Below are positions 1 through 8,054 of a DNA stretch of 20,000 nt, piece by piece. The position numbers were made by a program, and so were the translations under genes. The stretch lies in IMG/VR virus record IMGVR_UViG_3300013114_000208, positions 57,824 to 77,823 of that record; one strand, given 5' to 3'. Under the pieces are notes generated by a model. It was not told where the DNA came from. It saw only the letters and a list, made by a program, of their open reading frames with translations, and searched no databases. Position 1 is the stretch's first letter. Each line of letters begins with the position of its first letter. Source of the DNA: an uncultured virus (IMG/VR IMGVR_UViG_3300013114_000208). Lineage: Duplodnaviria; Heunggongvirae; Uroviricota; Caudoviricetes.

Positions 1-1845
1 TTCCTTACCAAAATTTTCATTAGTACTAGATATATTACTTTTAATATCTTGTATTTTAAAATATGTGTCTGTTGGTGTTTTACTCCAAACTTCAGTTGCA
101 CCTGCAGATAATGCTGTACCATCTGCTTTGTTTGGTTGACCAATAAATGCAATAGTACCATCGTCACTTAATGCAACACTACGGCCAAAGTCTGTACCTG
201 ATGCGCCAGTAAATGTTTTGATTGCACTATAATAATTTCCTTTTCTTACATGGATATTATTAGTACCACTTGGTGGTATTGAAGCGGCTACAAATGTAAT
301 TTGTGTAGCACTTAATGTATAGTCTAATGTTTCAATTTTAATTTGGCCATCTACAATTACAGTTAGTTCATTACTATTACTAAATGATGTTGAAGAGAAA
401 GTAAAAACATTAGTTGAACCATCGCCATTGAAGTATTCATTACTTGCTGTAACACCTGTTCCTAATTTATACATATATGCTTTTAGTTCACCTGGAGCTC
501 CTACTAATACATACGTGCCGCTTTTACTTACAGCAATATCATAACCAAAATACCCATTTGTTGTGGGACTTGGTGAACGCATAATGTCAAATGGTTCATA
601 TGTTTTGTCTGTTTTCTTTTTAAGCACAATAGCATAACCTTGTCCGCTATTACTATTTGGCGCACTTGTTACTACATAGTCATCGTCAACTGCCATATCA
701 AATTGCCAGCCTGCCCAACCACTATTCTTTAATTTACTACCATCCACAACAGTATTGCTATATGTGAACTCTCCAGGCGTTAATGCAATTGTTTGTGCAT
801 TACTACCACCTGGATCTACTGGCACTGTGTCTGTTTCTAATGTTGGTATCTCTTTAAATGTTGGTCCAATAATGTAAGGATATACTGGAACGCCAGCACT
901 AGTAATTGTTAAGAAGTAAGCATAAGTTCCATCAGGATAATCTGGCGTTACACAGTAACGACCATTGTGCTTGTCTAATGTTCCTACAGCAGAATTAAAC
1001 TGATAGTCATTTATAAATGTACCTGCAGGGTATTCTGTGTATGTATAACCACGTCCAGATACTGGATCTGTGTGTTTTTGGTATGCTGATGTCATACGCA
1101 GTGGCGTGGTTGTTGAATCAGTGGCAGTTTGGTAGCCGAATGGGCCATAGATTGGATAACCATCATATGCATAGCCTAGGATTTTGGAATGACCGTCAGT
1201 GTGCCTCCAGTGATCACCACTATAATTGGTGCCTTGATAATATGTATTTGCTTGATATACATGGTAATCCCATTGGCTTAAAAATTTGCCGCTGTGGTAA
1301 TGGTACTGATTATCTTCTTGTGGATGCCCATGTGATGCATCCATACCAACTGCCGTTGCGTTCTCTACAGCGTTCCATTCAAATCCTGTTGGGGCAACGC
1401 CCTTGGCTGGACCATTGTCGTTTGGTAATGTTGCTGTTGCTGAAGGACTTGCTATTACAACACCGTTAGCCATTATGCCAATACCACCGAGTGGTACTGC
1501 TACTTGTGGTGCCGCTGTAGTATTTGTTCCTACACGAGTTTTAAATGTATGTTTATAGTTGCGTGTTACAACTCTATTTGGATTCTTTCCGTCTGTTGTA
1601 GGAAATGTTCCAAATGGTGCTGGGTGTGGTAAACCATCACTTTCTACTGTTAGTAAGTAACCTGAAGTATTTAATGTGCCTGCTGTCTTTGAAGTGATAT
1701 CACTTACAAATATACTTTTAACATCAAACACTGTAGCAACATCACGTGTCCATTGCTCAATGCTACCTGCTGATGTTGTATCATATACTGACCCAACTAA
1801 TATTGTTGACAAGTCTTTATTGCCTGCAACGCCTTGTCCAAATCC
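1..1845 (-). repeat. FG-GAP (integrin-like) beta-propeller repeats within the giant protein, at least 4 blades plus the start of a fifth
   Basis: FGQGVAGNKDLSTILVGS (~1842-1789), AGWQFDMAVDDDYVVTSAP (~714-658), YFGYDIAVSKSGTYVLVGAPG (~552-490), DFGRSVALSDDGTIAFIGQP (~192-133) and ENFGK at the window edge. Confidence 0.8.
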
Positions 1846-4800
1846 TGTATTGGTTGCTTTACCGTTAGGATATAATTCTTTTCCTAATGTATAAGGATCT
1901 TTCTTTTCAAGTACTGCCCATTTGTTAGTGCTATTATGATTATCAATCCAAGCATAATCACCATCTTCCCACCCGTGCGTTGGTTCTGTTCTATTAACTA
2001 GTGCCGAAGTAGTTGCATACCTAGCACTTTCTAGCTTTAAAAATTCACCACGTGTACTAGTTTCATTTAAAGATAAAGTTTCAAATGATGCAGATAGATC
2101 CAAATCGGCATATAATTCTAATACATTGAGTCCATCGCTAGTAAAATTAGTTTTAACTTTGTAAACCCCGCTCCAGTCTATTGCAGGGATAGTACTATCA
2201 ACAAATCTTCGTAAAATTATAATCTCATTTACTAATATAGAATCTACAGGATTTTTAAATGTTACTTTAATAGTATTTGCAATCGTATCTCCTGTTATAG
2301 ATATAGGATTATTTTTAGTACTTGTTATTCTATATACATTCCAGTCATTTGAATTTTCTGCGTATGTTGGTGGATATGTAGCAGAATTTGCAACCCACAT
2401 TTTATCACCTACATTTAGAGAATTTAAATACTCGCTTTTTTCAGTAAGTTTTATAGATTCATCAACACCAGTTACTATCCAAGTACCAGTTTTATATGAG
2501 GTAGGAATAGTATTAATTCCAGTAAATTTAACTACCATACCATTTGTTAGTGTTGTGATTATACCTTCTGTTGAAGTATAAGAAGTTTTACCTATTAGTT
2601 GTGTATCAATATTGATATTTTCAGTAATGTCTACCGTATTGTTAGGTACCCAATTTTCTAGACTTAATACTTTGTGCTGTACGTCATCTAAACGTGCGTA
2701 ACCAGCATCAGGCAAATAATCTCTTGTGCTAATATCCTCTGCTAAATTTTTAAATACATTTTTGTTAAACTGTCTTGGTTCAAGTGGTTTTTGATATAAG
2801 TCACTTGGCCTATGTGTAATATTTGTATTTTTATATTGTTCAGCAGTATTAATAATCTCAATTAGTTCTGGATTATCTGTAAATTCATTTTCTTTTAGTT
2901 TAAATTCAATTACTTGTGAACTTGCTACAGAACCGTACTCACCAACTCTAAATGCCCACTCTTCGTATAAGTTAAGTGTGCTATCTATTGCTGGTAGTTT
3001 TGCTCTTAATAATTTATTAGTAATAGATGATGTGCCTTTCTCTTTAATAAATCCTTGATAGAATTTCTTTTGAGCTATATCACCAATTTGTAAATTTTCT
3101 AAATATTTTCTATTTTGAAAACCTATCAAATTAGATGCCAATGTATCAGTTTCTATAATTCTTCCATCATCTTCAATTTCATAATAACCTCTAAAGTTGT
3201 CTGCTTTAGAGTCTAGGTTAGTTAATAAGCCACCATTAACCCGATCTAATAATTTCCATTTACTAAAGTCAAATTTTCCAAGTTCTGTTAAATCATTTGG
3301 GTCATGATTAAATTTACTAGCATAAAATTTATCTTTAAATTTTACTATTTCTCCAATTGGATAACTTTTATTAATGTCCCAATCATCAACGGTATCATCT
3401 AATAATACATAACCTGGTAACTGTTGTGTACCATCCCATAGTTCAGTTTTATAACCAACTAGTTTAATTCTATTTTGTCTACTACCAGTAAATAATGACC
3501 AAATAACATCCTTAAACACTGTTTCATTTTCAAGTATTAATAAATGTTCTGTTTGTATAGGATTAAATGTAGCCGCGTATATACCGTCAGTATTATCACT
3601 AACGGATAGTTGAAAATTATTGTCTATTCTACTATAAAATAAATTGTTTACTGAAATTCTATCTCTATTTTGATCTATAACACTCGATGGTAACATATTA
3701 TTTGACATTGTATCAATTTGTGCTGATACTAAATTCAATTTAATAGTATTTGCTCCAGCACTACACGTAATCATTGATCCTATAGAAAAGTTATGCAAAG
3801 TCCAGAATAAAAATTCTTTTGCAGTATTTTTCCAATCTTCAATATAGTCAAACCCATTTGTTACATTATCAAATACAAAGCCAACACTTTCTAAATATCT
3901 TCCATAACTAATTAAAAAGTCATATACTTCTTGAACTGTTGTGTATTCTTTACCATATGGTATAGTTGCAACTGTTGTGCTATAGTCATCATATTGAGTT
4001 GCTGACACGCCACCAATTGTGGGTAATTTGGCAATGCGAGTAAGATTAGCCAAGTCATCACCGTCACCTGCTATAAACGCAGTTTTAACTTGATAATAGA
4101 TATCACCAGATTTAATATATTCATTAACAGAGTAAGATCGCCCAGTGATTAATTCTGAGCATTTAGGAGCATATCCTCCAACACTTACAGTTCGTCGTCT
4201 ATTACTAGTAATAATACTTGGTAAAATTTTAAATGTTGGTTGTTTTTTATTATAACCATCTATTTTCCAACCACCCGTGCTTCTTGTAATAATTACGCCA
4301 CTATAATTGATACTTTGGATAGGACTACTTTCCATTAAATGAAAATTGTAATCTTCTTGTGGTATAAAAATATCTGTTGTGGATTTAGAAGGAGATATTT
4401 GTTCTAGTATGATTTTTAATTTATCTTTATCAGCAAACCCCGACATCTTATATGCTAAATTAATACCCAAAGCATTTAATTGTTTATAAAATGTTGTTGT
4501 ATTAAGACCTAAATATTTTGAATAATCTACTACCCAATTGTTATAACCTAATGTATAATCAACTGTTGAATCTGTATTAATGTATGAATGTATCTTAGAT
4601 ACATTTGGTTTAATAGGTAAAGTAGTCGTTTTATCAACATAATGCCCCAACATGTTAGTGGTTATTTTACTTGTATCAAACATAAATTCACAATATTTTG
4701 CTGGTTTTGTTAAGGCTAGTAATATTTGAATTGCAAAAGGATAATAACTGCTTCGGCGCCATGCTGTTTCAACAGGGCCTTGGTGCCCAACTGAAAAGTT

Positions 4801-7800
4801 TCCTTGAATTTCTCCAGTCACAAGTCCAACTATACCAATACTTGTTGGTGATTTTAAATCGCCGGCCGCGTCAGTTGGTATAAAAGTAGCCACCAATCCA
4901 GGACGAGCATATTCAATATATGTGCCTGCTCTATCACCACTTACAATTTTACCTGCTTCTATATCTGTCCACAGCACCAAGTTGTCTTTAGTGTATGGAG
5001 CAGGGCCGTAAGTTGTTTCCCACCAACTTGGTTTAATGCTAAATCCAAGCATTTCCCACGGATGAGTGTGTGGGCGATCAGTATCATAAAAGTATTTGTA
5101 AATTGCTCTCCAATAACCTGGTAAAAATTCCGCATCACTTAAGGTATCTTTTATGTTTTTATAATTGTAAGTCCAATCAGAACCAGAAACATAATAACTA
5201 TTTTTAGTATAATCAACATTATTATTATTCGCCCATTGTGCTAATTCTATGGCTAATATGTTGTTTACAGTGTCTGTTGAGTATTGTGTTTTTCTAAAAC
5301 GAGATGGTATTACACTATTAATATCTACTAGCTTAAAGTTATATACTGCTTTTATATTATTATAAATTCGTCTTTCTAACTCTAATAATAAATCATCTCT
5401 ATAATCACTATATGCTGGTGTAATAGATCCATCATGTCCCTGTATTACGTCAATAGTAGTTGTGTATGTGTCATCAGAATATTTGCTTGGAACATATTTA
5501 GGATACAATCCTAATTTAGTTGGTGTTGGTGGAATAAAGTTACCACCAGTATTAGTGTATTCAACAAGTTTAATAACATCGTTTTCTGCCAATGTAATGT
5601 TACTTGTTAAAGTAACAAACGGTGTGGTAGTAGAAAAAGTATAGTCTTGATCTTTTAACAACATTACATCATTTTTATAAACTAATACCGCTGTTTGTCC
5701 AGGGATTGTGTCATTATATGTTGTATTAAGTTCAAATTGTTTATTGTCAATATCAAATACTGTATATGATAATGTCGTAATGTCTGTTGAAAATGCTACC
5801 ATATCACTATCAAAATATGGCATTGTGCTATTTTTTTCAGCTGCCATTGCTCGTAGTGTTTTGTCTAATCTATCTGAAGTGCTTGTAAAGTCTCCAATAG
5901 TTTTTGCTTTATTTAAAAATTGATTTTTAAATCTATTATATTCATTCGAAGCATGAGTTATTGAGTCAATTAAATTATATGTTCCATTAGTTAACATATA
6001 ACCTGCTTTGAGCAAACTGCCAGTATTTTGTATAATTTTAGTACCAAGTGTAGCAATATCGCCAATGTCTCGAATATTATTACTACCTAACGTAGCACCG
6101 GAAAAGTCTAAACTATTTTCAATACAACTACTGATATGATCTCTAACTTGTCCTAATGTAAAATTAGTAGTAGTTGTCATATCATTTAGTGGATTGTTGC
6201 TTAAATTAGTTGGTATTGTATAAAACTCTCCAGTAGTTAATTTTTCAATACTTGTGTCTGTATGTACCTTAATAACTAATATATCGCCAATAGTTAAATT
6301 GTTTGTAAAATTAACATATTGAAATCCAGTATCTGTAGTAACATAATAATCTTTTGTTGTTGTACCAGTGCCTTTTTCTTTTAACTTACCATTTACTGTA
6401 ACAATTAAATTCTTTGCTGTTGTTTCCGTTTTAGGAATAGTAGTTACCTTAAATTGCTTTAATTCTGACCCTACAACAATAGTATTTTGTATAAATTGTC
6501 TACTTTCAAATGGAGCCTTTTCCCAATTAGAAAGTGTGGAATATGTGGTTAGAGCCGTATTTTTATGTAAGAATCCTGTAGCAAGTCTTACGGATGTTGT
6601 AGTGCCCGCTGTGGCATCAGATGTATATGAAAAACTATCCTTAATTAGGTTATCATTAAAAATAATGTCGCCAATGTTAGTAAAGTTTTTATATGTTAGG
6701 GCAAAGCCTAATTCTGTGTCAGCAGTACCGGCACTGTTTACAGCATAACTAAAGATATTTGATCCAGCAAATGTGCTACTTGCGTATGTTGAAAAACTAT
6801 TTCCGTTTTTATCAAATACGTCAAATATCGGTGCTTGGTTCAATCCAGTTTTTACTTGTCCCTTGTACCACTTACTATTTTTGTAATACCATTGTGTGCC
6901 TTTATTATCAGCACCGCTATTAACAATAATAGTATTATCTGTTGCAGGATCTGCTACAGTAGTATTTTTTTCTAAATGAATAACACTTACGCCGCCAATA
7001 GTTACAAATTGCACATCATATATATAACCATTTACTAATGGATCAGTATCGGCAGTAAATACAACTTTTTGTCCGGCGGTCAATGCAACACCATCAATAT
7101 AACCGCCAGGCTCGCCTTCTAGTTGTGTAAAAGCATCTGTAAAAGTTGTATCAACTAAATCAACAGTTGTTAATAATTTTGTACCATAATCATATAATTT
7201 GAGATCATTATCAAATTCTAATATTGGTCTTTTTGCTCGCAATGCTGAATCATATATAGCAGTATCTTTATTGTATGTTGCTGTTACTCCAATAATTTCT
7301 TCATGGAACCAACGGTTATTATTACTCCATTGGTTACCATCAATCGCACCGCGTTTGATAGTTAAGTAATCTTTGCTTAATGTATATACAGCAGACTCTG
7401 GTGTGTATAATTCGCTTAACGGAATTAATCTAATACTTGTGCCTACGTCCGCAACAATATAATCAATATTTGCGTATGTTGATGGCGTAACGGTGCCAGT
7501 AAATCGTACTTTAAGTCCTGTTGAAAATTTTAATGTTTTATTGCCATCTACTGAAGTATATGTATAAGTTTTCTTTCCTACAATATCACTAATAGTGATA
7601 GGATCAGTGATATCACATCTATCTGGACCTGTTTGTAGCCAGTAATATTTTGTATAGTTAATAGTCTTGTCATAATCAATTGGTGGTGACCATACTGTAT
7701 ATTCATTACTAAACAGTTTATCATGATTATTATTATCACCGCCAGCGGCACTAATTGAATTAACAATATCTATATATGTTGAGGCAAAATCATATTTTGT

Positions 7801-8046
7801 TTCAGACAATTCCTTTTTAATAGTAACTGCTGGTTCAAGTTGATAATTTAATCTATCATTATCTGTTTCAACAATATAACTATCTGTATTTTTAAAATTA
7901 TCAACATCTCGTCGCCCAACAAACCCAGATAACATCTCCATTGTTCCTGGAGATATTAATTGATCTAATGTAGCATTTAAAAATTTCTTATTTACATCAG
8001 TTTGGAACTGTTGTGGTAATAAATTTACAGTTTTACGTATGGCCAT
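1..8046 (-). CDS. Giant multidomain virion/baseplate protein (gp7/P2 gpI-like wedge fused to adhesin-like modules), at least 2682 aa, 3'-truncated by the window edge
   Basis: ATG at 8046 (MAIRKTVNLLPQQFQTDVNKKFLNATLDQL), preceded by AGGA within TAGGAAACACC-ATG just after the gp6 stop. Manual translation gives the same frame at 7620, 4200, 3420, 2640, 1500 and 60 (ending ...SNISSTNENFGKE). The track lists no stop-terminated ORF from this start, consistent with an open frame to the edge. It contains KKFYQGFIKEKGTSSITNKLL...LYEEW (gpI/gp7-like), FG-GAP-like repeats and a YHYH domain, and lies immediately after gp6. Confidence 0.9.
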   Translation of the reverse strand, partial: MAIRKTVNLLPQQFQTDVNKKFLNATLDQLISPGTMEMLSGFVGRRDVDNFKNTDSYIVETDNDRLNYQLEPAVTIKKELSETKYDFASTYIDIVNSISAAGGDNNNHDKLFSNEYTVWSPPIDYDKTINYTKYYWLQTGPDRCDITDPITISDIVGKKTYTYTSVDGNKTLKFSTGLKVRFTGTVTPSTYANIDYIVADVGTSIRLIPLSELYTPESAVYTLSKDYLTIKRGAIDGNQWSNNNRWFHEEIIGVTATYNKDTAIYDSALRAKRPILEFDNDLKLYDYGTKLLTTVDLVDTTFTDAFTQLEGEPGGYIDGVALTAGQKVVFTADTDPLVNGYIYDVQFVTIGGVSVIHLEKNTTVADPATDNTIIVNSGADNKGTQWYYKNSKWYKGQVKTGLNQAPIFDVFDKNGNSFSTYASSTFAGSNIFSYAVNSAGTADTELGFALTYKNFTNIGDIIFNDNLIKDSFSYTSDATAGTTTSVRLATGFLHKNTALTTYSTLSNWEKAPFESRQFIQNTIVVGSELKQFKVTTIPKTETTAKNLIVTVNGKLKEKGTGTTTKDYYVTTDTGFQYVNFTNNLTIGDILVIKVHTDTSIEKLTTGEFYTIPTNLSNNPLNDMTTTTNFTLGQVRDHISSCIENSLDFSGATLGSNNIRDIGDIATLGTKIIQNTGSLLKAGYMLTNGTYNLIDSITHASNEYNRFKNQFLNKAKTIGDFTSTSDRLDKTLRAMAAEKNSTMPYFDSDMVAFSTDITTLSYTVFDIDNKQFELNTTYNDTIPGQTAVLVYKNDVMLLKDQDYTFSTTTPFVTLTSNITLAENDVIKLVEYTNTGGNFIPPTPTKLGLYPKYVPSKYSDDTYTTTIDVIQGHDGSITPAYSDYRDDLLLELERRIYNNIKAVYNFKLVDINSVIPSRFRKTQYSTDTVNNILAIELAQWANNNNVDYTKNSYYVSGSDWTYNYKNIKDTLSDAEFLPGYWRAIYKYFYDTDRPHTHPWEMLGFSIKPSWWETTYGPAPYTKDNLVLWTDIEAGKIVSGDRAGTYIEYARPGLVATFIPTDAAGDLKSPTSIGIVGLVTGEIQGNFSVGHQGPVETAWRRSSYYPFAIQILLALTKPAKYCEFMFDTSKITTNMLGHYVDKTTTLPIKPNVSKIHSYINTDSTVDYTLGYNNWVVDYSKYLGLNTTTFYKQLNALGINLAYKMSGFADKDKLKIILEQISPSKSTTDIFIPQEDYNFHLMESSPIQSINYSGVIITRSTGGWKIDGYNKKQPTFKILPSIITSNRRRTVSVGGYAPKCSELITGRSYSVNEYIKSGDIYYQVKTAFIAGDGDDLANLTRIAKLPTIGGVSATQYDDYSTTVATIPYGKEYTTVQEVYDFLISYGRYLESVGFVFDNVTNGFDYIEDWKNTAKEFLFWTLHNFSIGSMITCSAGANTIKLNLVSAQIDTMSNNMLPSSVIDQNRDRISVNNLFYSRIDNNFQLSVSDNTDGIYAATFNPIQTEHLLILENETVFKDVIWSLFTGSRQNRIKLVGYKTELWDGTQQLPGYVLLDDTVDDWDINKSYPIGEIVKFKDKFYASKFNHDPNDLTELGKFDFSKWKLLDRVNGGLLTNLDSKADNFRGYYEIEDDGRIIETDTLASNLIGFQNRKYLENLQIGDIAQKKFYQGFIKEKGTSSITNKLLRAKLPAIDSTLNLYEEWAFRVGEYGSVASSQVIEFKLKENEFTDNPELIEIINTAEQYKNTNITHRPSDLYQKPLEPRQFNKNVFKNLAEDISTRDYLPDAGYARLDDVQHKVLSLENWVPNNTVDITENINIDTQLIGKTSYTSTEGIITTLTNGMVVKFTGINTIPTSYKTGTWIVTGVDESIKLTEKSEYLNSLNVGDKMWVANSATYPPTYAENSNDWNVYRITSTKNNPISITGDTIANTIKVTFKNPVDSILVNEIIILRRFVDSTIPAIDWSGVYKVKTNFTSDGLNVLELYADLDLSASFETLSLNETSTRGEFLKLESARYATTSALVNRTEPTHGWEDGDYAWIDNHNSTNKWAVLEKKDPYTLGKELYPNGKATNTGFGQGVAGNKDLSTILVGSVYDTTSAGSIEQWTRDVATVFDVKSIFVSDITSKTAGTLNTSGYLLTVESDGLPHPAPFGTFPTTDGKNPNRVVTRNYKHTFKTRVGTNTTAAPQVAVPLGGIGIMANGVVIASPSATATLPNDNGPAKGVAPTGFEWNAVENATAVGMDASHGHPQEDNQYHYHSGKFLSQWDYHVYQANTYYQGTNYSGDHWRHTDGHSKILGYAYDGYPIYGPFGYQTATDSTTTPLRMTSAYQKHTDPVSGRGYTYTEYPAGTFINDYQFNSAVGTLDKHNGRYCVTPDYPDGTYAYFLTITSAGVPVYPYIIGPTFKEIPTLETDTVPVDPGGSNAQTIALTPGEFTYSNTVVDGSKLKNSGWAGWQFDMAVDDDYVVTSAPNSNSGQGYAIVLKKKTDKTYEPFDIMRSPSPTTNGYFGYDIAVSKSGTYVLVGAPGELKAYMYKLGTGVTASNEYFNGDGSTNVFTFSSTSFSNSNELTVIVDGQIKIETLDYTLSATQITFVAASIPPSGTNNIHVRKGNYYSAIKTFTGASGTDFGRSVALSDDGTIAFIGQPNKADGTALSAGATEVWSKTPTDTYFKIQDIKSNISSTNENFGKE
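856..1659 (-). other. YHYH domain within the giant protein
   Basis: Translation shows LTVESDGLPHP, GIGIMANGVVI, DASHGHPQEDNQYHYH (YHYH at 1305-1294), HSKILGYAYDGYPIYGPFGY, GTFINDY, LDKHNGRYCVTPDYPDGTYAYFLT and YPYIIGPTF. These are the characteristic motifs of the YHYH family, in order. Confidence 0.9.
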
Positions 8047-8054
8047 GGTGTTTC

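Noticed and set aside
1017..1469. 150-aa plus-strand ORF rich in His/Cys
   Set aside because: Antisense shadow of the YHYH-coding region. It has no recognisable motifs or RBS, and the locally higher GC reduces stop frequency.
7584..7616. Operator-like inverted repeat TATCACT-AAT-AGTGATA plus adjacent palindrome GTGATATCAC
   Set aside because: It lies inside coding sequence and follows from the peptide DITDPITISDI. There is no nearby promoter, I noticed no second copy, and 7-bp arms are expected by chance in 20 kb of AT-rich DNA.
1..8046. Apparent 8-kb gene desert suggesting stop-codon recoding or non-coding DNA
   Set aside because: It is one open frame in the standard code that lacks a stop inside the window. 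TAG, TAA and TGA all end genes at sensible boundaries here (gp6 and gp47 TAG, gp25 TAA, gp55 TGA).
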